Made by a program: the position numbers and the translations under genes. A DNA stretch of 64,000 bases from Candidatus Aminicenantes bacterium (GTDB taxonomy: Bacteria; Acidobacteriota; Aminicenantia; Aminicenantales; JAFGBC01), in assembly GCA_963702005.1 (NCBI GenBank), contig OY969696.1:832001-896000 (forward strand). Direction: 5' to 3'. The notes below the pieces were generated by a model. That model was not told the DNA's origin. It saw only the letters and a list, made by a program, of their open reading frames with translations, and searched no databases. Of the stretch, positions 59,406 through 64,000 are shown in pieces (the first letter of the stretch is position 1; each line of letters opens with the position of its first letter).

Positions 59406-60932
59406 ATGTTTAAAAAGATCCTGATCGCGAACCGCGGCGAGATCGCCGTCCGAATCATCCGCGCCTGTCGGGAAATGGGGATCACGACCGTCGCCGTGTA
59501 TTCCGAAGCGGATCGGACCAGTCTCCACGTCCAGCTGGCCGACGAGGCCGTTCCGATCGGGCCGGCCCCCGCCGTCGAGAGCTACCTGGATATGAACCGG
59601 ATCGTCCGGGCCGCCCATGACACCGGGGCCGAGGCGATCCATCCCGGCTACGGCTTCCTGGCCGAAAACGCGGCCTTCGGCCGTCTTTGCGAAAAGGAGG
59701 GGGTCGTCTTCATAGGGCCCAACTCCGCGGCCCTCGAGCTGGTCGGCGATAAGGTCCGGGCCCGCCAAACGATGGAAAAGGCGGGGATCCCCATCATCCC
59801 GGGCATGAAGTCCGTCGCTAAGAGCCCGCACGAATGCGAAGCCGCGGCCCGCTCCCTGGGGTACCCGGTCATCGTCAAGGCTTCGGCCGGGGGCGGGGGC
59901 AAAGGGATGCGTATCGTCGCCGATGAAAAGGGCCTCGCTCCGGCTCTTGAAGCCGGCTGCCGCGAAGCCAAGTCCGCCTTCGGCGATGAGTCTGTTTACC
60001 TCGAAAAGTACATCGAGGACCCCCGGCACGTCGAGTTCCAGGTCCTGGCCGACGGCGCCGGACATACGGTTCACCTCTTCGAGCGGGAGTGCTCGATCCA
60101 GCGGCGCTTCCAGAAAATCGTCGAGGAGACGCCCTCGCCGGCGCTTGATCCCGAGTTAAGGGCCCGGATGGGGGAGACGGCCACCAGGGTCATGAAAGCG
60201 GCGGGGTACACGAACGCCGGGACCGTCGAGTTCCTCCTCGATAAAGACCGCAACTTCTACTTTCTCGAGGTCAACGCCCGGCTCCAGGTCGAACATCCCG
60301 TGACCGAGCTCGTGACCGGCCTGGACCTCGTTCGCCGCCAAATCATGATCGCGGCCGGCGAGCCGCTGGGGCTGAATCAGGACGACCTCCGCCAGCGGGG
60401 CCATGCCCTCGAATGCCGGATCTACGCCGAAGACCCCCGGCGCCGTTTTCTGCCCTCCTCCGGCCGGATCGTCTTCCTCAAGGAGCCCCAAGGCCCCGGC
60501 GTCCGCTGCGACAGCGGGATCTACGGCGGCTGGGAGGTCCCGGTTTATTACGATCCTATCCTGGCCAAGCTCATTGTCTGGGCCGAGAACCGCGAGGCGG
60601 CCTGCCGGAGGATGGCCTCCGCCCTCGACGACTATGTCGTCCTGGGGATCCATACCACGATCGATTTCCTCAAGGACGTCGTCCGCCACCCCGAGTTTCT
60701 GGCGGGCCGGACGACGACGGCTTTCCTCAAGAAGCATTTCGAGGGATGGGGAGAGGGCGGGGCGGACGAGGATACGCTTCGGCTGGCCCTGGCGGCGGCC
60801 GCTTATGACGAGATGACCCGCGCCCGAATTCCGGGGCCGTCCCGGGCCGGGGGACCCGCGCCGGGCATCCCTTCGCCATGGACAACGCTGGGCGGCTGGA
60901 GAAACGGAGGAACGGGATCCCATGAAGTTTGA
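59406..60932 (+). CDS. Biotin carboxylase subunit
   Basis: KILIANRGEIA, IHPGYGFLAEN, GGGGKGMR, ERECSIQRR, RLQVEHPVTE. Confidence 0.95.
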   Translation: MFKKILIANRGEIAVRIIRACREMGITTVAVYSEADRTSLHVQLADEAVPIGPAPAVESYLDMNRIVRAAHDTGAEAIHPGYGFLAENAAFGRLCEKEGVVFIGPNSAALELVGDKVRARQTMEKAGIPIIPGMKSVAKSPHECEAAARSLGYPVIVKASAGGGGKGMRIVADEKGLAPALEAGCREAKSAFGDESVYLEKYIEDPRHVEFQVLADGAGHTVHLFERECSIQRRFQKIVEETPSPALDPELRARMGETATRVMKAAGYTNAGTVEFLLDKDRNFYFLEVNARLQVEHPVTELVTGLDLVRRQIMIAAGEPLGLNQDDLRQRGHALECRIYAEDPRRRFLPSSGRIVFLKEPQGPGVRCDSGIYGGWEVPVYYDPILAKLIVWAENREAACRRMASALDDYVVLGIHTTIDFLKDVVRHPEFLAGRTTTAFLKKHFEGWGEGGADEDTLRLALAAAAYDEMTRARIPGPSRAGGPAPGIPSPWTTLGGWRNGGTGSHEV

Positions 60933-61428
60933 ATTCCTGGTCGACGGTGCTCTCAGGAAGGTCTCCCTGGAGAAAAAAGACGCCGGGTTCGTCTTCCGCG
61001 AGGGCGGGACCGTCTTGGACGCTGAAATCCGGCCCGTCTCGGAGAACACCCTCCTGATCCTGGCGGGCGGCCGGTCCCATCTCGTCCGGCTCGCGCGCGC
61101 GGGCGAACGGACGCTCGTCGCCCTCCACGGGCGCGAATATGCGCTTGTAAAACCCGCCGCCGAGGCCGCGCGCTTCGGGCGGGGGGATGACAAAGTCCAC
61201 GAAGGAGAGAGGCAGGTTCGGACCCCGATGCCGGGCAAGGTCATCAAGCTCTGCGTCTCTCCCGGCGAGGAGATCCGGAAAAACCAGGTCCTGGTCATTG
61301 TCGAGGCCATGAAGATGGAAAACGAGATCGTGTCCGGGACGCCTGGCGTCGTCAAGAAGATCTTCGTCGCGGTCGGCGAACTCGTCGATCCTCAGAAGAT
61401 CCTGATCGAGATCGAGCCCCGGCCCTGA
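60922..61428 (+). CDS. Biotin carboxyl carrier protein
   Basis: PMPGKV and the EAMKMEN biotinylation motif. Confidence 0.93.
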   Translation: MKFEFLVDGALRKVSLEKKDAGFVFREGGTVLDAEIRPVSENTLLILAGGRSHLVRLARAGERTLVALHGREYALVKPAAEAARFGRGDDKVHEGERQVRTPMPGKVIKLCVSPGEEIRKNQVLVIVEAMKMENEIVSGTPGVVKKIFVAVGELVDPQKILIEIEPRP

Positions 61429-61473
61429 CCGGGAAGCGGAAGCGACGCGTAAATCCAAACGGAGGAGAAGGCC

Positions 61474-62616
61474 ATGACCAACCAAGACGCGGAATCTTTA
61501 AAGGAATGTCGGGAGATGGTCCGGGATTTCGCCCGGGCCGAGATCGGCCCCCACGTCCGGGAGTGGGATGACAAGGCCGTCTTCCCCCGCGACGTATTCC
61601 GCCGGCTGGGCGAGCTGGGCCTGATGGGGATTCTGATCCCGGAGGAGCACGGCGGCGCGGGGATGACCTACCGCCACTACGTCGCCGTCCTGGAAGAGCT
61701 GGGGGCCGTCGAGGGCGGGATCGCCCTTTCCGTCGCGGCCCACAACTCTCTGTGCACGAATCATATCTACACCTACGGGAGCGAGGGCGTCCGCCGCGCC
61801 TGGCTGGCCCGGCTGGCGAAAGGGGAAGTCCTGGGGGCCTGGGGCCTGACCGAGCCCGAGGCGGGGTCCGACTCGGGCGCGACCAAGACGACCGCCGTCC
61901 GCGAAGGCGACGGCTGGATAATAAACGGCAACAAGAATTTCATCACCCACGCCGGCGTCGGCGGCGTGGCCGTCATCATGACCCGGACGAAGCCGGGAAC
62001 CGACCACCGCGGGATCTCGGCCTTCGCCGTCCCCCTCGACGCCCCCGGCGTCACCGTGGGCAAACACGAGGACAAGGTCGGGATGAGGATCTCGGACACG
62101 GCTTCGCTCATCTTCGAGGGCTGCCGCGTCGGCGCGGAGGCCCTGCTCGGCCGCGAGGGCGAGGGCTTCATCCAGGCCATGGAGATCCTCGACGGCGGCC
62201 GGATCTCGATCGCGGCCCTGTCCGTGGGCATCGCCCGGGGCGCGCTCGACGCGGCCGTGGCCTACGCCAAGGAGCGCCGCCAGTTCGGCAAGCCCCTGGC
62301 CGCCTTCCAGGCGATCCGCTTCAAGCTGGCCGACATGGCGACCGAGGTCCAGGCGGCCCGCCTTCTGACCGAGCGGGCGGCCGAGGACAAGGACGCCGGC
62401 CGAAAAACGACCCTCCTCTCCTCCCAGGCCAAGCTCTATGCTTCCGAGGTCGCCGTCCGGGTCGCGGAGAACGCCGTCCAGATCCTGGGCGGGTACGGCT
62501 ACTGCAAGGATTACCCCGTTGAGAAATTCTGGAGGGACGCCAAGCTGTGCACGATCGGCGAGGGGACGAGCGAGATTCAGCGCCTGGTCATCGCCCGCGA
62601 AGTCATCGGGGAGTGA
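61474..62616 (+). CDS. Acyl-CoA dehydrogenase (short/branched-chain type)
   Basis: LTEPEAGSD, NGNKNFIT, RRQFGKPL, QILGGYGY, IGEGTSEIQR. Confidence 0.94.
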   Translation: MTNQDAESLKECREMVRDFARAEIGPHVREWDDKAVFPRDVFRRLGELGLMGILIPEEHGGAGMTYRHYVAVLEELGAVEGGIALSVAAHNSLCTNHIYTYGSEGVRRAWLARLAKGEVLGAWGLTEPEAGSDSGATKTTAVREGDGWIINGNKNFITHAGVGGVAVIMTRTKPGTDHRGISAFAVPLDAPGVTVGKHEDKVGMRISDTASLIFEGCRVGAEALLGREGEGFIQAMEILDGGRISIAALSVGIARGALDAAVAYAKERRQFGKPLAAFQAIRFKLADMATEVQAARLLTERAAEDKDAGRKTTLLSSQAKLYASEVAVRVAENAVQILGGYGYCKDYPVEKFWRDAKLCTIGEGTSEIQRLVIAREVIGE

Positions 62617-64000
62617 ACGGGATCATCACTTGCTGCCGTCTTTTCCCTTCCGCTCCGGAGACGTATTCATAGGCTCCGAGATCAAAGGCCGAGCCCTGGG
62701 GCCTGGCCGTACCGAGAAGATCCCTCTTGACCACCGAAGAGAGGTTCGAGCCGGCGTCTATACAAGGGCTGCCGGATTTGAGCTCAAAGTTCTTCCCGCC
62801 GGGAGCAGTGAAGCGGGGATCCTGGTTGATCGCGCTCGTATCCCAGGAGGGCGGAGCGCCCTTGCCGAACCAGCAGTTTCGGTAGGCCGCCGAGGAAAGC
62901 GAGACGGATTCCGCGGCCATATACGGCGCGCCCTTTGAAAAGATGATGTTATTCCTGATATCCGCTTTCGTGCCCGTTGCGACGGCCTCGGGACTGATCA
63001 GCAGGTGGCCGCTGGAAGCCGGGTCCGCGGCTCCGGACCAACCGCAGCCGTAGAGCGTGTTGTTGTAGCAGTAAACACGCGCGTTGCGTCTCGCCTCATG
63101 CCCCGTATTGATCCGGATTCCGGTATGGTAGGAAGCGTCATCGGACCACTCCGGGCCGAGTCCCGCGTTGACAATGAGGTTGTTGGTGATCCAGTTGTCG
63201 CCCGTAACGTAGTAACCCAGCATGATGCCGTCGCCCCGCTGGTTGACGATGACGTTGTCATGGATGCGGTGCCGCTCGATGAAGGCCGCGTACTCCTGCT
63301 CGCTGTAGACGTTGATCCCCCGGTTGCACTTGTTGTCGTGGATGTAGTTCCAAGCGATCTCACGATTCGATTCCGTCGGCGCTCGCGGAGGATCATCCTT
63401 TCTCCACCCTTTGCCGTAGACCCCGTGATAGAGCTTGCTGCAGGAGGCCTTCCCGACATTTTTCAACTCATTGCCGAGGACGAAGACGTCATTCCCTTCG
63501 ACGTTGATGATCCCGTCCATGCCGTCGCCGTTGGGCGCCGTCATCACGTTTCCGATGACCCGGAATCCCGTTCTGGCGGCCACGCCGATGGTTCCCGTCG
63601 TAATGGTAAACTTGGCCACAACCCAGTGGGAGGTGTAAGCGTCGTCATCCCACGAGTAATTATAGAAAGCGCGCTCGATCCCGCTGTTTCCCACCCGAGA
63701 AGTCGCTCCCGGGTAGACCACGAGGGCCTTCGGCTTGCCTTTCTCGCCGTTGGAGCCGAGGTTGACGCAGGCGCTGGAATCGGTTTCCGTCGTCTGATCG
63801 ACTCCGTTCCCGATATAGGCGATATCGCCCGGAGCGAGCGCCTGCACCGCGGTCGGGATTGTCCTCCAGGGCTTGGACCAACTGCCGTTACCGGAATTAT
63901 CCTTGCCGTCGGTCTTGACGAAATAGATGCGCCCCGCGCGCACGGTGAACTTAAGCGAATTCGATTTCCGGCCGTTCACTATGACGTAGATCTGGCCGTT
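62603..64000 (-). CDS. Secreted-type parallel beta-helix (pectin lyase-like) protein, partial (starts beyond the window)
   Basis: GSWSKPWRTI, Asn-ladder repeats, C-terminal L.SGSPCIDAG..DL.G..RPQG...DLGAYE motif; the frame is open to the window edge. Confidence 0.8.
   Translation of the reverse strand, partial: NGQIYVIVNGRKSNSLKFTVRAGRIYFVKTDGKDNSGNGSWSKPWRTIPTAVQALAPGDIAYIGNGVDQTTETDSSACVNLGSNGEKGKPKALVVYPGATSRVGNSGIERAFYNYSWDDDAYTSHWVVAKFTITTGTIGVAARTGFRVIGNVMTAPNGDGMDGIINVEGNDVFVLGNELKNVGKASCSKLYHGVYGKGWRKDDPPRAPTESNREIAWNYIHDNKCNRGINVYSEQEYAAFIERHRIHDNVIVNQRGDGIMLGYYVTGDNWITNNLIVNAGLGPEWSDDASYHTGIRINTGHEARRNARVYCYNNTLYGCGWSGAADPASSGHLLISPEAVATGTKADIRNNIIFSKGAPYMAAESVSLSSAAYRNCWFGKGAPPSWDTSAINQDPRFTAPGGKNFELKSGSPCIDAGSNLSSVVKRDLLGTARPQGSAFDLGAYEYVSGAEGKRRQQVMIPFTPR

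Noticed and set aside
56951-59485. Long antisense ORFs (844 aa here; also 34906-36837, 45266-47071, 50345-51889, 54226-55887, 6171-7646)
   Set aside because: Shadow frames expected opposite high-GC genes; no recognisable motifs.

Overview
GC-rich bacterial chromosomal window. The secreted-protein architectures suggest Candidatus Aminicenantes or a related lineage, but that is inference. Contents in order: (1) housekeeping genes: uvrA 3' end, holB, PSP1/RicT, an ECF sigma/anti-sigma pair, ftsK; (2) three paralogous secreted beta-propeller + FN3-like-repeat proteins with a GT39, an AMIN/beta-barrel protein and an SGNH hydrolase; (3) a long cell-envelope glycan-modification region (methyltransferases, radical SAM enzymes, GT2/GT9/GT39, asnB, YdjC deacetylase) with rsmA; (4) a DmpA peptidase, a short AT-rich relic and a vapBC toxin-antitoxin pair; (5) a CoA-metabolism cluster joining an archaeal-type HMG-CoA synthase/thiolase/DUF35 trio to leucine/isovalerate-type genes. 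Top finding: the secreted Asp-box (BNR/VPS10-like) propeller gene at 42166-40136 (-) has an in-frame TGA at 40841-40843. An fdhF-like SECIS hairpin starts 11 nt after it, and 234 more in-frame codons of the same repeat family follow, so this is a candidate new selenoprotein. Other notable signals: an unannotated ~270-nt structured RNA candidate (27032-27308), a BmrR-type operator beside an internally deleted MerR gene, and a 29-aa small ORF. Three genes carry single-base frameshifts, probably assembly indels. No tRNA, rRNA, CRISPR array or transposase was seen.
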